Made by a program: the position numbers and the translations under genes
Notes under the pieces: model-generated
Told to the model about the DNA's origin: nothing
Database searches by the model: none
The model's input: the letters and a program-made list of their open reading frames with translations, nothing else
NCBI GenBank assembly: GCA_021295655.1
Contig: JAGWBX010000047.1
Span: forward strand, 26,779-90,778
DNA: 64,000 nt
Reading direction: 5' to 3'
DNA from: Candidatus Latescibacterota bacterium
GTDB taxonomy: Bacteria > Latescibacterota > UBA2968 > GCA-2709665
Shown here: in pieces, positions 30,425 through 39,233 of the stretch
Layout of the letters: each line of letters begins with the position of its first letter
Position numbering within the stretch: position 1 is the stretch's first letter

Positions 30425-30456
30425 ATGGCGGCCTGGACGGCCGCCATATTTATTTT
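30425..30456 (+). terminator. Rho-independent terminator after the darT-like gene
   Basis: 9-bp GC-rich stem ATGGCGGCC / GGCCGCCAT with loop TGGAC, followed by ATTTATTTT. Confidence 0.7.
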
Positions 30457-30726
30457 GGAGTCTCGTAAAGCTCTCGTACTGACAGACATGCAATACCGGC
30501 AACACTGACCTGAATTGCGAATTTTCGAATATTCCGGTTCGGGTTGGCAAGGAGCGAGAATAGATTCAGAGATCCGACCTGCGCTGATACCGTCACCCAC
30601 CGAAATCCGCTCACTTCGAACAATTGACGAATACGGCATTTTCGCCCCCGAAATGCAGGAATTGGACGAGAATGTGACCGAACGGAACCCATACTCGATT
30701 GACTGATGAATTGTCGGATCGGCCTC

Positions 30727-32073
30727 TTACTTGCGCGTTCGAAGCGCGTCGTCGACGGCGGAGGCCAGTTGATCGGCGTGCCGGATTTCCATAGGTAACG
30801 AGACGTTGCCGCCGAGTTTCCAGTAGATACCCCGGTTGAGGAGGGCGAAGAACAGCCACCGGTGAAAAAGCTGGTTGTCGCGAGCCGCTTCGCGGTAGTT
30901 TCGGGGACGCTCAGGTAGGAAATGGACGCGGAACAGGGAGCCGGCCGTTGTGACCCGCGCCTGAAGGGCGGCATCCCTGAAGACCTGTCCCAGCCGGCCG
31001 GCGAGGCGCCGTGTCAGTGAATCCAGCTTTTCATAGGCTTCTGCACTGAGCAGGCGGAGGGTGGTGAGGCCCGCGACGATGGCGATCGGGTTGGCGTTAT
31101 ACGTGCCGGAGTGAGGGATGTCCGGCGCGCCTCCGGCGGGGTTGTAGAGGTCCAGGACGTCGGCGCGGCCGCCGACAACGGCGCCGGGAGTGCCGCCGGC
31201 AACGACTTTGCCGAGACAGGTGAGGTCAGGACGCACGCCATACGTTTCCTGGGCGCCGCCACGGGAAATACGGAAGCTGACGATTTCGTCGAAGATGAGC
31301 AGGACGCCGGCGCGTTCCGTCATTTCACGGAGTCGCGAAAGAAAACCGTTCACCGGAAGGGTGAAGCCGGCTGCCGTTGAAAGCGGGTCGACAATTACCG
31401 CGGCCAGATCGTCCCGGTGCTCGTTGATTATTGCATCGCAGCTATCGGCGTCATTGAACGGGAGGACGACCACGTTTTCAATGGCCTGCGGGGTGAGGCC
31501 TCGCGAGGAAGGCACGGATTCGGGCCGATCGGGCGGTCCCAGATTCCCGTCCAGTGGAGGGACGTGGCTGACCATTACGTATTCGTCCATCCCGTGGTAT
31601 GCCCCTTCGAATTTGGCAATTCTGTTTCTGCCGGTGAAGGCGCGGGCGGCGCGGATGGCATTCAGGATGGCTTCGGTGCCCGAGCTGCAGAAGCGTACCG
31701 TTTCAAATGAACCGACGCGGTCCTTCAGAAATTCGGCCATTTCCACTTCGAGGCCCAGCGGACGCGAGAAGCCGGTGCCGTGGGCAATCCGCTCCTGGAG
31801 GGCGGCGACGACTTCGGGATGCGCGTGGCCCAGGATGAGGGCCGTGTTGTTGTTTACGAAATCAAGAAGGCGGTGGCCGTCCAGATCGATGAGATGGACG
31901 CCTGCGCCGCGGTCGGCGTATACCGGGTACGGGTCGAAGTGGACGCCGGTTCGCGTGTTTCCGCCGGGAAGAGACGCCTGGGCACGCCTGAACATCTCCC
32001 GTGAACGCGGGTGGTTGTCCATGTATTCTGCAATCTGCCTATCCAGGGATGCCCGCAGGTTTCCGGGTTCCAT
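30727..32073 (-). CDS. Class-III (GSA-aminomutase-like) PLP-dependent aminotransferase
   Basis: GGNTRTGVHFDPYPVY..., CSSGTEA, FDEIVSFR and GKVVAGGTPGA(V)GG are typical of the glutamate-1-semialdehyde aminomutase-like family. The ATG at 32073 is preferred over the ORF opening at 32184. Confidence 0.85.
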   Translation of the reverse strand: MEPGNLRASLDRQIAEYMDNHPRSREMFRRAQASLPGGNTRTGVHFDPYPVYADRGAGVHLIDLDGHRLLDFVNNNTALILGHAHPEVVAALQERIAHGTGFSRPLGLEVEMAEFLKDRVGSFETVRFCSSGTEAILNAIRAARAFTGRNRIAKFEGAYHGMDEYVMVSHVPPLDGNLGPPDRPESVPSSRGLTPQAIENVVVLPFNDADSCDAIINEHRDDLAAVIVDPLSTAAGFTLPVNGFLSRLREMTERAGVLLIFDEIVSFRISRGGAQETYGVRPDLTCLGKVVAGGTPGAVVGGRADVLDLYNPAGGAPDIPHSGTYNANPIAIVAGLTTLRLLSAEAYEKLDSLTRRLAGRLGQVFRDAALQARVTTAGSLFRVHFLPERPRNYREAARDNQLFHRWLFFALLNRGIYWKLGGNVSLPMEIRHADQLASAVDDALRTRK

Positions 32074-32349
32074 GCAGTCCTCGCCGCGGTGAAGGTGGTG
32101 GCCGGGATGGTGATGCAAACCAGTTCTGGCGCGTCGCATCGTTTGATTCGTTTCAAAATACCGAAAAGCAAGGCCGGATTTCAACTGCTGATTGCAGCCT
32201 CGGGCAATGGATACGCCTCAGCAGTCCCCATGGACGCTTCCAACGGGCTGGCGGGCAGAAGAGGTTGACTTGCCCGGGGTACGGGCGTAGCATATAGTGG
32301 GTGTTTCAGAGAGGCGGACTTGATTTCGACGAATGACGGAGGAGCAGTT

Positions 32350-33366
32350 ATGGCAGGCCTGGAAGTCGATGGATTGCCGCAGGTTTCCGGAGACCTGGAG
32401 GTGGCGAAGTCAAATGTCGAGAGGTACGGATATTGTCTGCTGAAGGACGCGTTGAGCCAGGATCAGGTTGCGACCCTGCGGAAAAGGTTGGTGGAGCAGG
32501 CGGCGGCGGAAAGGCAACTGGGCGCGGCGTACGAAGACGGGGGCCCGAACCAGAACTGGGGATCATTCCGGGACGAAAGTGGCCGGGTGCGGACCGATGC
32601 CTTCACGGCTGGCCGCGGGGGCGTCAACCAGAGGCTGTGGATGTTGATCAACAAAGGGCGGGTATTCCATCAGGTATTGTTTCAGGAACGGGTGCGGGAG
32701 GTGATTGGCCAGGTTCTGGGCGAGGAGTACCTGCTTTCGAGCTTTACCGCGAATATCGCCAATCCAGGCGGGGTGGAGATGGACCTGCATACCGACCAGT
32801 GGTGGATGCCTTCGCCCACGCGTGCTGGCCGGAAGGGATTGCCGGTGGGCTCGATCACCCGGGAACGGTCTGATACGGACGTGGACGATGCGCCACCGAT
32901 GATCGCACCGGCGGCAGCGGTGAACGTACTCTGGATGCTCGTGGACTTCACCGCCGGAAACGGGGGAACGCGCGTCGTGCCGGGAAGCCACCTGTTCGGG
33001 CGGCAGCCGGACAGGACGTCCAATATGAAGGCGGTTGCCGCGGAGGGTCCGGCGGGTACGGCCCTGATCATCGACGCGCGGGTCTGGCATGGAACGGGGG
33101 CCAACGTGACCGGCGGTCAACGGCTGGCGCTGCTCACCACGTTCTGCGGTCCCCAGTTCCGGCCCCAGGAGAATTTCACCGTGGGCACGTCGCAGGAGGT
33201 GTTGCGGGAAGCCGCTCCCGAGTTGCTTGCGCTGCTGGGGTTCAAGGTGTGGCACGCATACGGTCGCATTGAAAACCCTGCAGTGGAATTCATCTCCCCT
33301 CGCGAGCCGTCGCTGGGAGAACTGCGTCCGGAGTCGTGCGATGGCATCCAGAAACCGGGTCGATAG
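32350..33366 (+). CDS. Phytanoyl-CoA dioxygenase (PhyH) family protein
   Basis: GYCLLKDALSQDQVATLR at the N-terminus, then the HTDQWW and WHGTGAN Fe/2OG motifs. The ATG at 32350 follows GGAGG. Confidence 0.8.
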   Translation: MAGLEVDGLPQVSGDLEVAKSNVERYGYCLLKDALSQDQVATLRKRLVEQAAAERQLGAAYEDGGPNQNWGSFRDESGRVRTDAFTAGRGGVNQRLWMLINKGRVFHQVLFQERVREVIGQVLGEEYLLSSFTANIANPGGVEMDLHTDQWWMPSPTRAGRKGLPVGSITRERSDTDVDDAPPMIAPAAAVNVLWMLVDFTAGNGGTRVVPGSHLFGRQPDRTSNMKAVAAEGPAGTALIIDARVWHGTGANVTGGQRLALLTTFCGPQFRPQENFTVGTSQEVLREAAPELLALLGFKVWHAYGRIENPAVEFISPREPSLGELRPESCDGIQKPGR

Positions 33367-33604
33367 ACGGACCATAGCGATCCACTGTGCCGGATGCCGG
33401 ACGCTGCTTTACAAATATCTAAAAGGCGGAAGGGGCGGCCTGGTCAAGTGTTTCGTGGAACGGATCGTGAGTGATTTCACCCGCGGAGACCTGAAGTGTC
33501 CGGAGTGCGGGCAGACATTTGCGCGTGAACGGGTAATCAGCGGGCGGCCCGTCCACAAGATCATCCAGGGCAAGGTGTATACCAGGGGGATGTCGAGAAA
33601 GTAA
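33341..33604 (+). CDS. Small zinc-ribbon protein (two CxxC pairs)
   Basis: 87-aa ORF with CAGC...CPEC. It overlaps the PhyH gene end by 26 nt. No family recognised. Confidence 0.4.
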   Translation: MASRNRVDRRTIAIHCAGCRTLLYKYLKGGRGGLVKCFVERIVSDFTRGDLKCPECGQTFARERVISGRPVHKIIQGKVYTRGMSRK

Positions 33605-33652
33605 TCTTGATTCGGTATTTTTCCGGGACGTAAAATCGAATATAGGCAGGCG

Positions 33653-33803
33653 GATAAAGGCGATTTGACGGCTGATTACCAGGATACACCAGGTCCACTG
33701 GACGTGAGCTGAAAAAACGTCCTTTTTTAACGACCGTTTCGCCCCGTTTCAGGGATCTTCGTTGCGTTGCCGAGTTGCTGTTGTTTATCGAATTGGGGGT
33801 AAT
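33653..33803 (+). repeat. ~150-nt conserved leader-like element, copy 1 (upstream of msrA)
   Basis: Near-identical to 62333-62478. Contains the hairpin GGACGT-N11-ACGTCC followed by a T-run. Ends 19 nt before the msrA ATG. Confidence 0.7.
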
Positions 33804-33821
33804 ATCAGTCAGGAGACGAAA

Positions 33822-34361
33822 ATGGCCGAAGAACGCGCGACGTTCGGAGGGGGATGTTTCTGGTGCGTGGAGGCGATTTATCAGGACCTGTCGGGGGTAT
33901 TGGAGGTGGTTTCCGGTTATGCGGGGGGGTCCGTTCCGAATCCGACCTATCAGGAGGTGTGTCATGAAACCACGGGGCATGCCGAGGTGGTGCAGATCCG
34001 ATTCGAACCGGAGACGGTTTCCTACAGGGACATGCTGGACGTGTTCTGGCGCACCCATGATCGGACGACACTGAACCGCCAGGGTGCGGACGTGGGCACG
34101 CAGTACAGGTCCGTGATTTTCTATCACAATGAGCAACAGCGGGCTGAGGCGACACAATCCCTGGCCGAGACGGATGCGTCGGCATTGTGGGCGGATCCTA
34201 TCGTTACCGAGATTACGCCCCTGACCGAGTTCTACCGGGCCGAGGATTACCATCAGAACTACTATCGTTCGAATCGCGCCCAACCCTACTGCATCTTTGT
34301 GATCGACCCGAAGATGCAGGGGTTCAGGGAGGCATTTCAGGGACGATTGAAGACCGGGTAA
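33822..34361 (+). CDS. msrA: Peptide-methionine (S)-S-oxide reductase
   Basis: Active-site motif FGGGCFWC and GHAEVVQI. The ATG at 33822 follows AGGAG. Confidence 0.95.
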   Translation: MAEERATFGGGCFWCVEAIYQDLSGVLEVVSGYAGGSVPNPTYQEVCHETTGHAEVVQIRFEPETVSYRDMLDVFWRTHDRTTLNRQGADVGTQYRSVIFYHNEQQRAEATQSLAETDASALWADPIVTEITPLTEFYRAEDYHQNYYRSNRAQPYCIFVIDPKMQGFREAFQGRLKTG

Positions 34362-34365
34362 CGGG

Positions 34366-36591
34366 ATGGCTGGCGTTCGATATGGATTCAAGCTGCAGGT
34401 GACGTCGGCGCTGCCCGCGGATCTCGGGCGTATTCCGTTGTCGGTGGAGATGGATTTCGGTCGAATGGTTAATGAGGTTGAGGCCGTGGGAGTGTTCGAT
34501 CCGAATTCCATCGAAGTTGTGGATCTGGTCTCGGATAGGCCGGTCGCGTTCGCCCGGACCGAGGATTTCGCCTATGGAGACAGGGGCAGAATCGAATGGG
34601 TGGTTGAAGATCCCGAACACACGGATTATGAAATCCGGTTTGGCACGTTGCCTGAGAGACCGGCTTTGCACCCGCAGGAATACACCCCCATGATCGGCGT
34701 TGGAGATCTCCTGCGGTACAACGCGGGGGTCCCGCGGCCGATTGTGCTCGCGCATTCGATGCAACTCGCGGACGTGACCGGCGACGGACGCGCCGATCTG
34801 GTGGGTTGCTGGAACTACTATTATCGACCGGGGTCGCCGGCGAGCGGAATTGTGTGTTATCCGCGCGTGGGACGGGTCGAGGACTTCACGTTCGGCGATC
34901 TTGCCCGGTTGCGGTACGTTGAGGATCGAACGTCGCGCGACCTCAAGCACTTCCCGGACGTGTACGCCGAAGCGGATTTCGCGGATCTGAACGGAAACGG
35001 GCTGACCGATATTGTATACGCGGGAATGTCGGATATTGCGGTGACGGCCTACCTCAATACCGGGGAACGTGATGAGGGCGGGCTGCCCGTCTTTGCAAAG
35101 GACGTTGAGATTCCGGCGCCGGTTGCTCAAAACGCGGGGATCCACGTCGTCGACTTAAGCGGGAACGGCGCGCCGGACCTGGTGGTCAACGGACACTATA
35201 TCCGGAATCTGAATCCGGACGGCTGGCCGTTCAGGGCCGCCGATGCGGTGGTTCTCGCGGTTGGAAAACAACTCACGTTTATGGACCTGGACGGTGACGG
35301 CCTGCCGGACGTGATGGCGATGCCGGTGGGCGGGTGCGGCCATACGCTGACGTGGCGGAAGAATCTGGGTGGAGACCCGCCCCGGTTCGGTCCGGAGCAG
35401 AAGCTGGGAGGCGTGGAACTGGACCATTGCAGCAGGCTTAACGCGGTCAGCGACGGAAATAAAAGAGGGATTCTCGTGCAGCACAATATGTACCAGAATC
35501 TCTCTTTTGTCGAACTTGCCGGAACGCGAGACGGCCGGCCACGTTTCGAAAACCGGGGAAGGGCCCTTTCCGTATCTTCGGTGATGTCATTCAGCGATCA
35601 GGCGTGGCCGTGTTCGTGCGACTGGAACGGCGACGGCGTCAACGATCTCGTTATCGGAGGCGGTTACGGGTGGCCGCGCGTGGTCATCAATCGTGGGAGC
35701 AATGAGCGACCGGCCTGGAAAGAGCCGGAATTGATCTTTTCCGAAGGACAACCGGTTCGTGTGTTGCGCGACGAGATCCTGCACAGCAGCCACTGGCACA
35801 ATATGGGGTATCCCTATCCCGTATTTGTGGATTGGGACGGGGACGGCCTGCCGGACCTGATGCTCCCCAATGAAACGAACCGGATTGTCTGGTATCGAAA
35901 TATTGGAACGCTCGAAGAACCGAAGTTCGGGCCTCGCAGATTCCTCGAAGTGGATGGATTCCCGGATTCCGAAGGCCTGCGGGCGGAGTCCGGAGAGGCA
36001 GCCTCCGACGAGACCCTGCCCGACAGTCCCTATCCCTGCGATGCGCGATCCCCGTTTTTCTGGCGGACCGGCGCGGCGTTTGCGGACTGGAACGGCGACG
36101 GAATGATGGATTTTATCGCGCACGACCATACGCGAAAGGCAACGCTTTTCCTTCAATACAGGGATGGCGACGGTCGTCGCAGGCTTAGGCACGGCCACTA
36201 CGTGCGGCTGGTGGATGGCCGTGAAATCAACGATTCCATCGTGGGCCGGGCAAAGCACTGGACCGAGTCTTTCCGTGCCGTGGATTGGGACGGGGATGGA
36301 TTGATCGATCTGGTGTATAACCTTGCGGGGACAGGCAAGGTCTACTTGCTGCGCAACGTGGGTTCGTCGGATACACCTGTTTTCGACCTGCCGAGAGCGT
36401 TCAGGTGTTACGGTGAGGAGATCGCGTTTACGGTTCACGGACCGAACGCGTGGCCAGGGGATTTCAACGGCGACGGGAAGCCCGATCTGCTGGGGTGTGT
36501 GGAGTGGAGCGTATACCCGTTTTACTGTCACGCGGCCCTGGAAATGGAGCTCCATCCAACGTACCGTTTCGGGCCTGTGCAGACTTTTTAG
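34366..36591 (+). CDS. FG-GAP/VCBS-repeat protein
   Basis: At least nine DxNGDGxxDLV-type calcium-binding repeat cores (DVTGDGRADLV, DLNGNGLTDIV, DWDGDGLPDLM and others) spread along 741 aa. Confidence 0.8.
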   Translation: MAGVRYGFKLQVTSALPADLGRIPLSVEMDFGRMVNEVEAVGVFDPNSIEVVDLVSDRPVAFARTEDFAYGDRGRIEWVVEDPEHTDYEIRFGTLPERPALHPQEYTPMIGVGDLLRYNAGVPRPIVLAHSMQLADVTGDGRADLVGCWNYYYRPGSPASGIVCYPRVGRVEDFTFGDLARLRYVEDRTSRDLKHFPDVYAEADFADLNGNGLTDIVYAGMSDIAVTAYLNTGERDEGGLPVFAKDVEIPAPVAQNAGIHVVDLSGNGAPDLVVNGHYIRNLNPDGWPFRAADAVVLAVGKQLTFMDLDGDGLPDVMAMPVGGCGHTLTWRKNLGGDPPRFGPEQKLGGVELDHCSRLNAVSDGNKRGILVQHNMYQNLSFVELAGTRDGRPRFENRGRALSVSSVMSFSDQAWPCSCDWNGDGVNDLVIGGGYGWPRVVINRGSNERPAWKEPELIFSEGQPVRVLRDEILHSSHWHNMGYPYPVFVDWDGDGLPDLMLPNETNRIVWYRNIGTLEEPKFGPRRFLEVDGFPDSEGLRAESGEAASDETLPDSPYPCDARSPFFWRTGAAFADWNGDGMMDFIAHDHTRKATLFLQYRDGDGRRRLRHGHYVRLVDGREINDSIVGRAKHWTESFRAVDWDGDGLIDLVYNLAGTGKVYLLRNVGSSDTPVFDLPRAFRCYGEEIAFTVHGPNAWPGDFNGDGKPDLLGCVEWSVYPFYCHAALEMELHPTYRFGPVQTF

Positions 36592-36635
36592 TTCCCGGCG
36601 CACCGGCTTTCCGGTGACCCGATGCTCTCCACGGC

Positions 36636-37487
36636 TCAATCCCTGGTCGACGATTCGCTGATGGCCTGTTGGCGGGCCGACGAAAGCGCGCGGTAGCAGG
36701 ATTTCGCGGCGCGCCACGGGTCGTATCCTGGCCGGCCCCAGATCATGGCGCTGACTTCCGCGCCAACGGGCACTTCGGTTCCGGCCTCGAGCAGGGTCTT
36801 GAAGTATTCGATAAGGTCAAGGCTGCCTTCGCCCGGCAACAGGAAGGTCACGGCGCCGTCTTTCATATGCCCGTCCTTGATGTGAATGTGGACGGTGTCG
36901 GGCAGGCAGAGACCGGCGGCGTGCCTGAGGTCAATGCCCTGCACGTGAAAGTGGCTGTGGTCGAAGTGGATCTTCAGGTTGGGATGACGGGTGTTTTCCA
37001 TGAGCCACGCCGCTTTTTCGGGCGTGTCGAAGATTGCGCCCACGTGCGGTTCCACGGCCAGGATCGCGTGATGCCCGGCTGCAATATTGGCAAGTTCGAT
37101 CAGGTCTGCAGCGACGGGCTCCCTGTCGTTTTCCCAGTCTGTGAGGGGACCGCTCACCGTGGTGGTAATGACGCCGGGGTCGCCGCCGAAATTCAGGTCT
37201 TCGGTAAGGATGCAATTCTGAATGAATCCGGCCCGCATCGTCTGCCGTTCGCTGCCCCGGGCGCACGTGGAAACCGGGCCGAAGAGCGCCGGCGGAGGGA
37301 AGCCCAGATCGCGCAACGTCCCGGCAAGTCTTCGCCGTGCGTTCCGATTCAGCTTCCCGGGCGCGGTGGGCCAAGCGTCGCCGATGGCGATTTCAACCGC
37401 GTCGTAGCCGATCTCGCGGATTCTCGGCAGGGCCTCAAAGACGTCTACCCTCTGTGTGGCGTAGGTGCTGAACCCGATGGGGATCAT
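36636..37487 (-). CDS. Sugar-phosphate isomerase/epimerase (xylose-isomerase-like TIM barrel)
   Basis: 283-aa ORF with typical family features (IGFSTYA..., YDAVEI, EPH..., HIHIKD). Confidence 0.8.
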   Translation of the reverse strand: MIPIGFSTYATQRVDVFEALPRIREIGYDAVEIAIGDAWPTAPGKLNRNARRRLAGTLRDLGFPPPALFGPVSTCARGSERQTMRAGFIQNCILTEDLNFGGDPGVITTTVSGPLTDWENDREPVAADLIELANIAAGHHAILAVEPHVGAIFDTPEKAAWLMENTRHPNLKIHFDHSHFHVQGIDLRHAAGLCLPDTVHIHIKDGHMKDGAVTFLLPGEGSLDLIEYFKTLLEAGTEVPVGAEVSAMIWGRPGYDPWRAAKSCYRALSSARQQAISESSTRD

Positions 37488-37560
37488 TGGACTTTTGCTC
37501 CTGGCAGAAGCAAGGAAAGGATGAAGATGAATGAAGGGTCTTGCGACGAGTAAGTCCGAT

Positions 37561-37785
37561 TATTTCTCGTAAATAACTTATTTTTATATTATTTACGCCC
37601 TTTTTCTTTCTCGCCAAAGAAAAAGGGCCAAAAAGAACGGCACCTCTCGGCGCGGGGCCGGTTTTTCCGTGAACCACCTCAGAGGCGCAAGTTGAAATCG
37701 GGTGTCCTGTCGCCATACCAGCCCATCCAAAATGATGTCGCTGGACGGAATAGCACGGAAAAACCCCCCGTTCAACCACCGTGCG
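37561..37785 (+). repeat. ~225-nt structured-looking intergenic element, copy A
   Basis: Collinear and indel-free with 48008-48232. It contains a 12-bp hairpin (37598-37609 / 37616-37627) and a 12-bp long-range helix GGTTTTTCCGTG (37660-37671) / CACGGAAAAACC (37754-37765). Confidence 0.7.
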
Positions 37786-37982
37786 GGTGGGGAAGAATCC
37801 CGTAAGGACCCCCGCGCGGTCTGGCGTGTTCCCGCTGTTTGGTGCTTGCCTGGTTCTGCTCCCCCTCTCCCCTCGGGAGAGGGGGAGAGGTCCCCGTATC
37901 GAGGTCCAAGAAAAACGTACATGGCCCATGTGTCAAGCGGCGATGAAGCAGGCGCGCCGGGAGAATTGAGAAAGAGACAGAA

Positions 37983-39221
37983 ATGGAACGGATCAACCTG
38001 GCATTGGTGGGGTGCGGCGGAATGGGAACGCGACACCTGTATGGGTTGCGGACGCTCGCCCGGACGCCGTTCAACAGGATTGACTTGAAGGCGTTGTGCG
38101 ACATCAATCCGGAGAATGCCAGGATGGCGGCGGCGGAGGCGGGAAAGCTGCTGGGGGTGGAGCCCGCGATCTTTACGGACCTGGAGGCAATGGCCGCTGC
38201 GATGCCGGAACTGAATGCCGTCGACGTGGTGACCGATCCCGCGGTACACCACGAGGTTTCCTGCAAGGCACTGGATCTCGGGCTGCACGTGATGGTGGAA
38301 AAACCGATGGCGATTACCGTTCGCGCCTGTCTGATGATGATCCAGGCGGCCCGGCGGAACGGACGCGTGTTATCCGTGGCGGAGAACTACCGGCGGGACC
38401 CCTCGGCCCGACTGGCGCACCACATGGTAACCAGCGGCGCAATCGGGACGCCGTACATGGGTCTGTTTCACGACGTAAGCGAGGGGGACAGAATCTTCAT
38501 TACCCCATGGCGCCACCTCAAGAATCGTGGCGGGCCCCTGGTGGACATGGGGGTGCACTTTGCCGATCTGATCCGCTATCAGTTGGGGGAAATCCACGAG
38601 GTGTACGGCGACGTGAGGCTGGTGGAGCCGGTGCGGCGAAAGGCCGATACGATGTGGAGACCCTATGAGTATTACCAAAAGCAATACGAAGACATGGCGC
38701 CTGTTGTCACGGCAGACGCGGAGGATTCCTCGGTGGCGGTGTTTCGCATGGTTGGCGGCGCCACGGTGAGCTGGGTGGTTGGATTGGGAGGACACGGGGG
38801 TTGCAGTACTCAGTTGATTCTGGGTACGGAGGGGTGCATCGAGGGCTATGGGACCCGCGGCGGCCGGGTTCGGATGCGCCGGGGGCGCGGTGATTTCCAG
38901 GAACAGGAAGAAATGCTGGCACAGGCCGAGGGATTCGAACAGGATGCCGTGTCCGCCCATTTCTTCCCGACCGGGCTGACGGCGGCGGATCGCGAGGTTG
39001 ACTGGAAGCTTCTCGCCATGGAGTATTGCGAGTTTGGCGAGGCCATCGCCGAGGGGAGGGAAGTGGAGGTGGACGGAAAGGAGGGGATGAAGGACGTGGC
39101 GGCAGTCTACGCGGTATTCGAGTCGGCCATGACAGGTGGGGCGGTACGGATGGCCGAGGTAGAAAGCGGCGAAATTGACGCCTATCAGGCGGAGATAGAC
39201 GCGGCGCTGGGTATTTTGTGA
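37983..39221 (+). CDS. Gfo/Idh/MocA-family oxidoreductase
   Basis: N-terminal Rossmann motif INLALVGCGGMGTRH and an EKP motif (VMVEKPMA). Confidence 0.85.
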   Translation: MERINLALVGCGGMGTRHLYGLRTLARTPFNRIDLKALCDINPENARMAAAEAGKLLGVEPAIFTDLEAMAAAMPELNAVDVVTDPAVHHEVSCKALDLGLHVMVEKPMAITVRACLMMIQAARRNGRVLSVAENYRRDPSARLAHHMVTSGAIGTPYMGLFHDVSEGDRIFITPWRHLKNRGGPLVDMGVHFADLIRYQLGEIHEVYGDVRLVEPVRRKADTMWRPYEYYQKQYEDMAPVVTADAEDSSVAVFRMVGGATVSWVVGLGGHGGCSTQLILGTEGCIEGYGTRGGRVRMRRGRGDFQEQEEMLAQAEGFEQDAVSAHFFPTGLTAADREVDWKLLAMEYCEFGEAIAEGREVEVDGKEGMKDVAAVYAVFESAMTGGAVRMAEVESGEIDAYQAEIDAALGIL

Positions 39222-39233
39222 AAGGAGTGTCAG

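Larger units (their letters stand above)
27700..30720. other. Low-GC island carrying the DarG/DarT-like pair
   Basis: Hand counts on sampled 60-nt lines give about 40-45% GC inside, against more than 60% in both flanks. The boundaries coincide with the ends of high-GC flanking genes. Confidence 0.6.

Noticed and set aside
30450-30974. ORFs at the right edge of the low-GC island (30450-30974 minus, 30286-30639 minus, 30515-30706 plus)
   Set aside because: They cross the terminator or the compositional boundary, or overlap the aminotransferase 3' end. They have no start context or motifs. I leave the ~270-nt gap unannotated.
37435-37929. Minus-strand ORFs through both copies of the 225-nt element (also 47963-48226) that give similar peptides (VERGVFPC...EVVHGKTGPAP...GVNNIKI)
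   Set aside because: The similarity comes from blocks of 100% nucleotide identity separated by blocks with heavy non-synonymous change. This is not a coding substitution pattern. The copy-A reading frame has no sensible start and no RBS, and the conserved blocks form complementary helices. I treat it as a non-coding element.
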